Shown: positions 15,110 to 25,700 of the stretch, piece by piece
How positions within the stretch are numbered: the stretch's first letter is position 1
Layout of the letters: each line of letters opens with the position of its first letter
From: a virus
Lineage: Duplodnaviria; Caudoviricetes
Length of the DNA stretch: 28,932 bases
Virus record (IMG/VR): IMGVR_UViG_3300021791_000007
Location: 1 to 28,932 of that record
Direction: 5' to 3' (one strand)
The notes under the pieces: model-generated
The model's input: the letters and a program-made list of their open reading frames with translations, nothing else
The model's database searches: none
Told to the model about the DNA's origin: nothing
Made by a program: the position numbers and the translations under genes

Positions 15110-16282
15110 ATGGCAATCCGCGCGGATTTTAAGTTCCGCAATCTCTACGCTTCTGTCTCGTACAGGAGTATTCACACTGCCACGAGTGTCCGAGACTCTG
15201 TCACAGTTGTTTCAGACCGCCGCTTACACGTTGTTTCGGATTTCCGTCAGTTAATTTCTGAACCTAGTTATCGTGCCCTGACGGGCGTTCTCAATTGGCG
15301 CCAGCTATTTATGGCTGACATTGAGGTACATGCGACCCCAGAGATTATTATTCGGACGGACTACTTTACGTTCGCTGATTCCATTGCGCTCAATCCGAAT
15401 TTAGGACCGTCAGATTCAGTAATACTCAGTGAGTCCCAGGCGTTCAGTGTTTTTCTGGTTACTGATGATGATGAGAGTAAGACACCGATACTTGATTCGC
15501 CGGTAGTAAGCTTTTCCAGAGCAGACACTGATAGCTTTATCGTTTCAGACTCTAGTTCATTCTTATCTTCATTAGGGAAAGCTGACTCCCTGACTTTTGG
15601 TGATGGCGTTATTGCCTTTCACCCAAGCTTGGGTAGGTCGGAGACGATAAGTCTGGGCGAGTCTAAAGCGATCAGTGCGTCGAAAGTATCTAGTGATTCT
15701 GTATCCATGTCTGAGTCAAGCGTTACTGCAGTCGCCCCGATCAAAACCGATTCCTTTGCGTTTACTGACTCTCAGGCTAGTAGCGTGGGTCAAGTCTCTT
15801 CAGATTCAACGGCAATGACCGAGTCTAGGGTTGCGGTTAGAAACCCCGGCGCCTGGACTTGGGCTTTTGACGATACGATCACTGGTATTGCAGATCCAGA
15901 TAGTTTCACTCTGGGGGATACCTTCTCCAGGGTGGTGCCTTATGTTCGTTCTTTTACGGACGCTTTCTCCCTGGATGACTTCGCCCAGGTAGATAAGGAT
16001 GTAAATGGAGTAAAAACGAACGTATACAGCCTTGCAGATGATCTGTTCTATGGATTGTCGAAGGTCGATTCTGACTCTATACTGCTAGTTGAGAGTGCTG
16101 CGATCTCTGTGTCGAGACCCGCATCGGATACGTTCTCATTTTCTGACACAACGAACCTGTCTCCAGGGATAGCGAAAACAGACAGTACGGCGCTGACCGA
16201 CGATATCAGTTTGGACCCGTTTTTAACGGGAGCCATGTTGAATCAGAGTAGCGTGGGAGCAATGTTTCTAAATGCTGACTGA
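15110..16282 (+). CDS. Ser/Asp-rich repetitive virion protein (18-19-aa repeats)
   Basis: Recurring xDSxxhxES/DS units; position in the tail module. Confidence 0.7.
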   Translation: MAIRADFKFRNLYASVSYRSIHTATSVRDSVTVVSDRRLHVVSDFRQLISEPSYRALTGVLNWRQLFMADIEVHATPEIIIRTDYFTFADSIALNPNLGPSDSVILSESQAFSVFLVTDDDESKTPILDSPVVSFSRADTDSFIVSDSSSFLSSLGKADSLTFGDGVIAFHPSLGRSETISLGESKAISASKVSSDSVSMSESSVTAVAPIKTDSFAFTDSQASSVGQVSSDSTAMTESRVAVRNPGAWTWAFDDTITGIADPDSFTLGDTFSRVVPYVRSFTDAFSLDDFAQVDKDVNGVKTNVYSLADDLFYGLSKVDSDSILLVESAAISVSRPASDTFSFSDTTNLSPGIAKTDSTALTDDISLDPFLTGAMLNQSSVGAMFLNAD

Positions 16283-16294
16283 ATTGGAGACTAC

Positions 16295-16735
16295 ATGATT
16301 CAGGACAATCTAAAACTCAAAGGTAGGTTATCGCTCGTTCTTACCGATGAGGGCGGCAACGTAAAGGACGAGAGGGATATTGACAACCTCGTCGTTACGG
16401 CTGGGAAAGGCTTTGTGGCAAGTCGGATGAAGGACGCCACAGCTACAGCGATGAGCCATATGGCGAGCGGAACATCGACAACGGCTGCTGCCGCTGGTGA
16501 TACGACCCTGGCTGCGGAAAACGCAAGGGTAGCCCTGACCTCCACCACCGTGTCTTCTAACGACGTTGTTTATGTCGGGACGTTTCCGGCGGCAACAGGA
16601 ACGGGTGCAATCACAGAGGCGGGCATTTTGAACGCCGCCAGTGCGGGGACGTTATTGTGTCGAACGGTGTTTTCAGTCATTAACAAAGGGTCCGCTGACT
16701 CGCTCACGATCACCTGGACCGTCACTGCGAGCTAG
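16295..16735 (+). CDS. virion structural protein (tail-associated)
   Basis: NLVVxxG, G.GAITEAGI.NA..GT.L.RT.F.VINK...D.LTITW conserved-type pattern; SD GGAG. Confidence 0.75.
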   Translation: MIQDNLKLKGRLSLVLTDEGGNVKDERDIDNLVVTAGKGFVASRMKDATATAMSHMASGTSTTAAAAGDTTLAAENARVALTSTTVSSNDVVYVGTFPAATGTGAITEAGILNAASAGTLLCRTVFSVINKGSADSLTITWTVTAS

Positions 16736-16744
16736 GAGCCTTAA

Positions 16745-19700
16745 ATGGCTGTAAAGTTTTCCAACCTTGCTAGCTCAACGCTATCAAGTGGAATCAATGA
16801 TTCCGTTACTACGGTTCCGGTAGCGAGCGCGAGTTCCTTCCCCAGCTTGTCTGGGAGCGATTATTTCTATCTATCCCTTGGCATAGGGGCTGGATCAGAG
16901 GTCGTTAAGGTTACTGGGGTTTCTGGAACTAACCTCACTGTTGTCCGTGGTCAGGACGGAACGACTGCTGCCGCCTGGACTTCAGGAACCACGATTGCGC
17001 TGCGCGTAGTCGCAGCAGCCCTGGACGATATTAGTTCTCTCGCATCCACCGCCGCTGATACCGAATCAGTCAGCATTAGCGGCGACACGATGACCGGCGC
17101 ATTAAAGCTGCCGAATGGATCAGAGGGCGCACCTTCTTATGCTTTTTCTGGGCAGGCATCTTCCGGTATGTATCTACTGGGAACCAGCCAGCTTGGGTTA
17201 TCTGTATCTAGCTCGCGAAAGTTCCGCCTTCTTACAACGAGGGCATATTTCGACAATCTTAGTTCTGGTGTGTATGTGGGTGGACCGCTTGAGGCATCTG
17301 GCACTCTAACGGTTCCCACTATGAAGACCACCGCATCGGGTCAACATTACCTGCTTAATACAACCGGAGCAGGACAGAACGCCTACATAACCTATCAAGA
17401 TAACAGCGCCAATAAATGGGAGCACGGGAAGAACACGCTAGATAAGTTCTTCGTTTATAGCTACGCACTCGGGGATACGGTTCTCACGCTACAAAATGAT
17501 GGCAAGGTCGGTATTCGTCAGACCACCCCGACTGAAGCACTCCATATTAAAACGAGGGGCGCACCCGCAAGTATTAGATTGGAACAGTTCGACACATCCG
17601 GTGCGCCGGGTAATAACGACGTCATCGGGAGCATCGACTGGTCTATTAATGATGACGGCACCTTCTCTGGAGCCGACACGGTACGCGCCAGAATTCAGGC
17701 TGTAGTAGAGAACACCAGTTCGGGTACGGGACTGCGATTTTTTTCTGGGAACACAAGTGTCGCTACTCCTGTAGAACGAATGAGAATTATACCGGATGGC
17801 AAAGTAGGCATAGGAACTGCGAGTCCCTCAGGATTACTACACCTAGTTGATGGAGCAGGAACAGTACCCACACTAGGTGGTGGCACTAATTTCATTATCC
17901 AAAATAATGACACTACTAGTGATGTAGCCCGCCTTAATGTGATTGGTGGTGCAGCGGGTTATTCAACTTTACATTTTGGAGATGCAGCCGCTTATAACGT
18001 TGGCGGTGTGATCTACAATCACAGCACAAACACGATGACGCTTGATGCTGGTGGTACTACTGGTATAGCGATTGATTCCAGCGGTAGAGTTGGTATAGGG
18101 ATCACGGCTCCAGATTCTCACGTTAATTTACATATACAAGATTCTGCCTATGCTTTCTTAGCTTTAGAGGCTACTGCTTCAGGTGGGCGACAGTATGAGT
18201 TGTTTAGTTATGCTGCTGACGAAAGTTTTCATATTTATGATCGTAATGCTGACGCCTATCGATTAAGCATAGATGAAACAGGCAAGGTTGGTATAGGAAC
18301 TACGAGTCCAGCAGATGAGCTGGAATTAAAGGGGGATGGATACAGATTCAGGGTTAGTTCAGCGGATCAAATGATAGCTTCGCTGGGTAACTGGGGAAAT
18401 AGTGGTGCGGATATAGACGAAGGCTACTTAAGTTTATATTCGAGTGGAACGGAAGCCATTCGTATAGCCTCAAATGCTGGCTCTTATTTTAATGGCGGCA
18501 TCGTTTCTATAGGGCATACCGCCAGCATTACACAAGAGGTAGTTCAAAGCGGATCTACTATTTCGTCTTGGACGCCCGACCTTCAAGTAAATAAATCAGC
18601 AAATGGCGGTGTGGCGATATCGCAATGGAATACAGGCAATACTGCTTCAGCGAATTTATGGCTAACAAAATCTAGTAATGCCACGGTAGGAACGCATGGA
18701 AGTTTAGACACAGATGAAGCAATAGGAAGAATAATATTTAGTGCTTCTGATGGTTCTACTTTTACAAATAGTGCTTCTATAGAAGCCTTTGCTGATGCTG
18801 GTCAAGGCTCAAATGATACGCCGGGGCGTCTTGAATTTAAGACAACGGCGGATGGTACTGCTGCTCCAACAACCCGAATGACCATCGATCACGCGGGCGA
18901 CGTTTCTATGACGGTGGGAACGGGGAATACGGGCTTGTCGATGATCCCGTCAGCCGCCGGTTCAACCAGTATCATTCTTAATACCTTTGCAGATAATGCA
19001 GCAGGACGGAACTGGGCATTTCGTAATAGATACAACGCGCATGGTCTATTGGAGGTAATGCGCTCAACCTCGAATTCAGCCGCGCCTTTAACGCCGGTTA
19101 TGACGTTCTCTGGTTCTGACGGGACGGTTTCGATTCCCGGAGCCACTAATCTCCAAGGTGCAACCGACCAAACTGGAGTACTCCGCACCAATAGTACCGT
19201 TTCAATCTCTGGTGGATCGGGTTGGTTCGCTCCTTCCGCATCACTCCATGTCAGACAATCCAGCGCCGACGATAACGACACGGGTCTAATTGTCGAAACT
19301 ACGGATGACGGTGAGCGCACTCGTATCGTCCTGAAGAGTGGCAGTTCAGTTGGTGACGGTCTAATCTCGCTGAATTATTACGGTTTTTCGATGGGCTATG
19401 TTGGTGATGAACAAATCATCAACATCGGTCGAGGTAGTAAGTACGTCGGTATTGGTATGGGTAATACCCAACCAGCACACTTGCTTGATATCAAAGGGGC
19501 TTCTGGTACATCTCCTCTTCTACAAATTACGAATTCTGATACAGAAGATAACGACACTGGTCGTGAATCAACGATAAGGTTTTCAGGTTATCGATCCGGT
19601 GGCGAGGCGGTAATTAACGGTCAGATTACCGGAACCCATGACGGTAGTGCTGATGATGATAAAGGGATGCTTACGTTTTTCACCAATGCCGGTTCAGGTA

Positions 19701-22700
19701 TTGCTGAGAAATTCCGCATAGGGGCTGCTGGTCAACTAGGGGTAGGTGGGGCTAATTACGGGACTGACGGTCAAGTGCTAACGTCAACGGGCGCAACAAC
19801 CGCCCCTGCTTGGGAAGATGCCGGTGCTGCCAGCAACTATTGGACTCTATCCAGCGGCAACGTTTATAGATCCAGTGGCTTGGTTGGCATAGGGCTTTCG
19901 TCAGCACCAAAGACATTGCTACAGATTTCTGGCACACCCGTTACCACGGGTGGTGGTGATGTAGCGTCTGTATTAACCCTAATGAACACAGCCTCGGCTG
20001 CTGACGGTAACAAGGTTGGGATTACCTTTTCTACGAATAGTGGCGGTACAGCCAATGCCTTTATAACCGCTGAACAGGATGGCTCAAATCACGGGACACT
20101 GCATTTTGGTGGTTACGACGGTAATGCTAATAGAGCCACCGTATTAAGCATTGATGCTGGTGCAAACGTGGCAACATTTGCTGGGCAAATAATAGCTGAT
20201 GATAGTACTGACGCTGGCGCACCTGTTTACAGCTTTACTGGTGATGCTGACACAGGCTTTTTCCGCGAGGGTGCTAACACGATAGGGATATCGACAGGCG
20301 GCACCAGGCGCTGGTCAATTAGTGGCAGTTCAATGACCTCGCAGATCACAGGCGGGGCTAGGATTACTCAAGCAAACGGCAGTCCCGGCGCACCAAATTT
20401 TACTTTTAACGACGATTCCAACACCGGTATGTATCGAGTTGCTGCCGATAAGCTGGGCTTTACAACTGGCGGGACGTTCCGGGCTGTTATTGATGGCGAT
20501 GGAGACTTTGGTATAGGTACCGCGAGTCCAACATCTAGATTACACATTTATGAAGATGATTCCAGTTTTGGTAATACCCAATTACACATTGAAAATGACA
20601 AAACAGATGATGCGGCAGTCCTTAGAATTGAAGGTAAAAGAACTTCGCTCAACGATACCGCGCAAATTTTGTTTGCTAATAACGGAAGTTTGGGATCGGC
20701 AATTAAAGCCTATTCGGCGGGGCAAGATGGGGATCTTCGGTTCTACACGAGCGGGGCGAGTAGTGGGGACACCTTAAATGAAATGCTGCGCCTCGATAAT
20801 AACGGGCTTTTGTCATTTAAGGCGTCCGGTAACGCTCAAGGAATCAATTTCGAGCAAGGAAACTCGCGGATATATTTCGGCGGTATTAGGGCAATCGAGG
20901 GCAGCACAGCATCGAGCGGGAATCTGGAGCTAGGCGAGGGCTATTCTGGCAAGGTCCAGACGCATTCCGATGCTGGGTTCAATGTTGCCGATGGCTCGCT
21001 CCAGGTGGGCGGGACCGAGGTCATCTCATCGAGTCGGGCGGCTACTTTCGTCGGCATTAATTCCACCTCGGGCACCGTCCAATTCACAGATGGTGGTTCA
21101 ACCTTTGACTCGTCAAATGCTAATGGCTATCCGGTTTTCTCACAAACTAATGGCTCCGCTCAAATAGGGTTTGCGCGCGCCGGGGGTAGCACAGGACTGG
21201 GATACATTGGGGCGGATGTAAACAATGTCTTTGCGGTTTTCGACAGCAGTTTCGTCAAGCACTTCATCGTGACGCAAGGCGGAACGGTCAATATCCCAAC
21301 CGGCGCGCTCCAGATGGGCGGCACCCAAATCATCGACGCAAGCCGCAACATGTCGAACATGGGCAACATCACCGGGGCTTGGCTTTATACGGGAGGTATT
21401 ACAGCAACAGCCGCATCCACTTTAAGCACTGTGCTTATTAGTGGAGTTTCTAACTATACCGGCTTGGAAGTAAAAGGCGCAGGAGGGTCGCGACCTCAAG
21501 TTAAATTTTCTAACGTAAATGACGGCGTTATAGGTCAAATTTATGGAACAGAAGCGAATGCCTTGGTTATTGCAACAGGCACTGGTGGTGCTGCTGCTTT
21601 AACCCTGGACTCATCTCAACAGGCGACTTTTGGTAATCACATCGTATTGCCGACCGTCAGTTCAACCGCTGGACAACTTAGAGGAAACATCGGCGGCTTA
21701 GAGCTGCAGTCGAACAGATCCGGGGATATGGGCATCCTTGGCACGTTTAATAATGGTACGTTCGGCTTCCAGCTTTATGCTCACAGTACTGGGTATGGAT
21801 TTCTGGATGGCGTGTGGAGTTCTTGGGATATAAAGAAGGTGCCAGATGGGAACCTCTACCTCAACGATGACAACACTCATTACCTAAACCCCCCTTCGAC
21901 ATCGATAATGAATCGCATCGATGCGAACATTTATTACGATAAGGGGAACACTGGCTACTACGTCGACCCAGCGTCTACCTCGACCCTGTATCGAGTTCTC
22001 TTCAATGAACACCTAGTCGGGCAAACGGCTGGGGGTTACGTTCAAACCCAAGGGTCGAGCGGCAATCTTTGGGCTATTGGTTCAGGGGGAGGCACGTCTG
22101 CACCGGGGACGGCTTCGACAACGTTTGGCATTCATAACTACAACGGCAGTGCGTGGAGTAATCCTGTTGTAATTCTCAACAATGGAAATTTTCTAATCGG
22201 CGACGATGTTGACTCCACTTTCAGGCTTCACGTTCGGAAGAATGATGCAACACGCGCCAATATAGCCCGTTTTGAAAACAATACGAACGGTGGCGATTCG
22301 AAGGTAGTAATTGCAGCGCAAGCCAATCAGTCCGGTGATCCGTATTTGTATTTTGATGCGGGTGGACAGGACTTCGCGATTGGTGAGCTATGGACTAGCG
22401 GTGCAAATAAGATGACGATTGGCAAAGCCATCCCGTCTGCTTTTGGAGCCGGAGACGGCATTGTGATCGATCAGTCTGGCAACGTCGGTATAGGAACTAC
22501 GAGTCCCGCTTATCCAATCCATGTTGAAAGCTCTGTGGCTGGAGATTGGATGGGCAAGATTAAAAATACCCACGCCACGAACGGGAATGGATTATTAATA
22601 CACGCGGGGGACGATGCTTCTGTAAAAGCTCTACACGTTGGAAGCTATAATGGAACTGGTCAATACCTTGTCGTTCGTGGAGACGGCAACGTTGGTATAG

Positions 22701-25700
22701 GAACTGATGGTCCAGCTCAAAAATTTCATGTTGCAGCAGGCTATATCCATGCAGATGCAGGCTATGGAATAACTTGGGATAATACACATGAAAGGATAGA
22801 ACAAAGTGACGGCAAGTTAGAGTTCTTCACGAATAATGGAGAGGCAATGACCCTTAGTGGTTCTAATTTAGGTATAGGAACTACGAGTCCCGGTTATCCA
22901 ATCCATGTTGAAAGCTCTGTGGCTGGAGACTGGATGGGCAAGATTAAAAATACCCACGCAACGAATGGGTATGGATTATTAATACACGCAGGGGATGATG
23001 CTTCTGTAAAAGCTCTGAGCGTTGGAAACTATGCTGGAACTGGTGATTACCTTGTCGTTCGTGGGGATGGCAACGTTGGTATAGGAGCTACGAGTCCGGG
23101 GTATAAACTTCATGTTACAGGCACTATTGGTGTATTCACTGGAGGCGATGCCCTTCTTTATTTAGGTGAGGGTGAGAGTGGTGGGTCATATTCAAAAATT
23201 TATTGGAAATCCTCTGACGATACATTAAGGCTCGGCACACAAGCGGGTGGTGATACTGTTGTAATAAATGAATCGGGCAACGTTGGTATAGGAGCTACGA
23301 ATCCCGGTACAAAGTTGGATGTATCTACAGTCGCAAATGTGGCTGGAATTAGAGTTGTAGCACCAAATACAACTGGTCAATCTTATGGGGTAACCATTGC
23401 GGCTGGAAGCAACGCATCAGATTATGCTTTTAATATCAATAATGCGGCTGGAACTGGACTCGTTAGAGTTCGTGGGGATGGCAACGTTGGTATAGGGGAA
23501 ACTGCGCCTTGGGCAAAACTTCATGTTAACAAAGGGGGCGGGAGTGGTGTTAATGATGCGGATGATACCCTTTTATTAAGTGATAGTGATTACGTCAGCT
23601 TTATGATGGAACACTATAACGCGGCTTCTGGTAGTAGAAATGTAAGATTTAGAAATAATGCTGGTGTAGTTACTGTTGAACGAATGAATGATGCAGCGAC
23701 TACTCTCACATCAACTACGATGACAATCGATACACCAAATGGAAGGGTGCATGTGATTGGATCTGGAACCACAATCAATAATGCCAATACTGGGGAGCTT
23801 CAAATAGGAGCTGGTCTAGCTTCTGCCGGTTCAGCCGGTTCAGTTCAACGTTTAGCAATGCAACCCTATGCACATACTGGTGGTCCGTGGACATTTACTG
23901 CAAGAGATACATCTAGTAAGGCATATTTAGATATTGGATATGGAGCTGGACCTGACGTTACTTTCACCAGCGATGGCTCCGTTGGTATAAATGACACCAC
24001 TCCTGAATTTCCCTTAACTATTGGTATTACCAGTTCAACTACTCAACAAGTTGGGCTTGAAGTTACTCAAGCTACTAGTGGTAACGACGGTCGTATTCGA
24101 TTTAAGAATACGGCTGATAGTAATTATGTACGCATGGGGATGGAGTCAAACGGTACATTTTTTGTAGAGCCATACACGGGTTCGCAATACCTGAAAGTCT
24201 TAAAAATTACGAAAGTAGGGGTTATGACCCTTACGGGTAATGAATCCCATTTTTATAGAGGTAGTAATGATGTAGGCACGGGTCATGAAATGTATTGGAC
24301 TGGCTCAAACTACGCCGGTTCAATGATTGATTACGCAATGATAAAAAATAGCATTGTGTCACGCACTAATGGGGCTGAGTCTGCAGATTTAATATTCAAA
24401 GTTAAAAATGCTGGGTCTTTCACCCAGCCCATGACCATTAAATACGATGGCAACGTGGAGATGAGCGAAGGGCTGACGGTGGGCGATGGCTTAACCGTTA
24501 ACGGTGCCGGTGGTGTTGTTTATTACGAACAGGGGCAAGGCGCACCCGCCATTAATTCTGATAACACGGTTGGTGCCCTCGTCCTGAAAGACAAAGACAA
24601 CAACTGGGAGGGCACTCTCTATGCTACCAGTACGGAGTTTGGGTTCCTTAATGGAGAATGGGCGAGTTGGGACCAGCGCAAGGTAAAAGCTGGAAATCTC
24701 TACCTAAACAACAACAACAGCTACTACATGAACCCCGGCGTTACGTCGATCTTCAATGATCTGCGTGCCAACATTGTGTACGACCAGAACAATACGGCGT
24801 ATCACTCAGACCCCTCTGCTACGACTACGTTAAGCACTCTGAATGTGAATGCTACTGCTACTTTCAATTCCACGTTTACAATTTCTAATAGTGCCTCCGA
24901 CGTAAAAATCAGCCTGCAAGGAACGAATGATCCACTTATTCATTGGAAGGAGGGGACAACAGATCGTTTCTATATTCAATGGCGAGCGGGTTACAACGCC
25001 CCAATCTATGTTAATCAAGAAAGTAATACTCATGAGTTCTATGGAACGGGAGGTAGCACTGCCCTTAGATTTAAGTCTGATAATGAAACGATACGTGGCT
25101 ACGTCTACACCGATACTAGCGGCATGGGGTTCTTGGACAAGGACGGTCAATGGGCGTTCTACCACGTTCACGATCAGTACACGCGGTTCAGTGTAAATAA
25201 CGGTGGGCATTGCTATGCCTACTCCAGCTCATTCAGAGCGCCAATTTTTTATGATTCAGATAACACCGCTTACTATATAGATGGAGCGGGAACATCGGTC
25301 TTCAATACCCTTAGAGCCAACACCACGTTTGGTGTTAACACCACGTCCAGTACCCATGTATCGACAACCAAAATACAAGCAATCGCTAGTTCTGGGGCAC
25401 CCGCCACCGGTAGTACTACACAAGGTAATAGTGCGCTATGCCTCGAAGGGCAACCGGGGATTAGGCTGGACATTGGCTCCAACTATTCTTGGGGCAGTAC
25501 GCATTGGTTTCAGACAGGTAATAAGACTGATCTAAGTGCAAGGTATGGCATTTCGCTTAACCCAATGGGTGGCTCTGTAACTGTTGGCTTGGCAGCAACA
25601 CCACCCAGCACAAGTTCTTATCGTTTTTATGTTCAGAATTCTTCACATAACCAACCCGGTGCTCTTGTTGAAAGCACCCATGCTGGTCAAAGTGCTAGCG

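Noticed and set aside
22487-23089. DGR template/variable repeat pair in the tail fibre
   Set aside because: Both copies are in-frame coding, differences are mostly synonymous and not adenine-specific, and there is no reverse transcriptase in the window.
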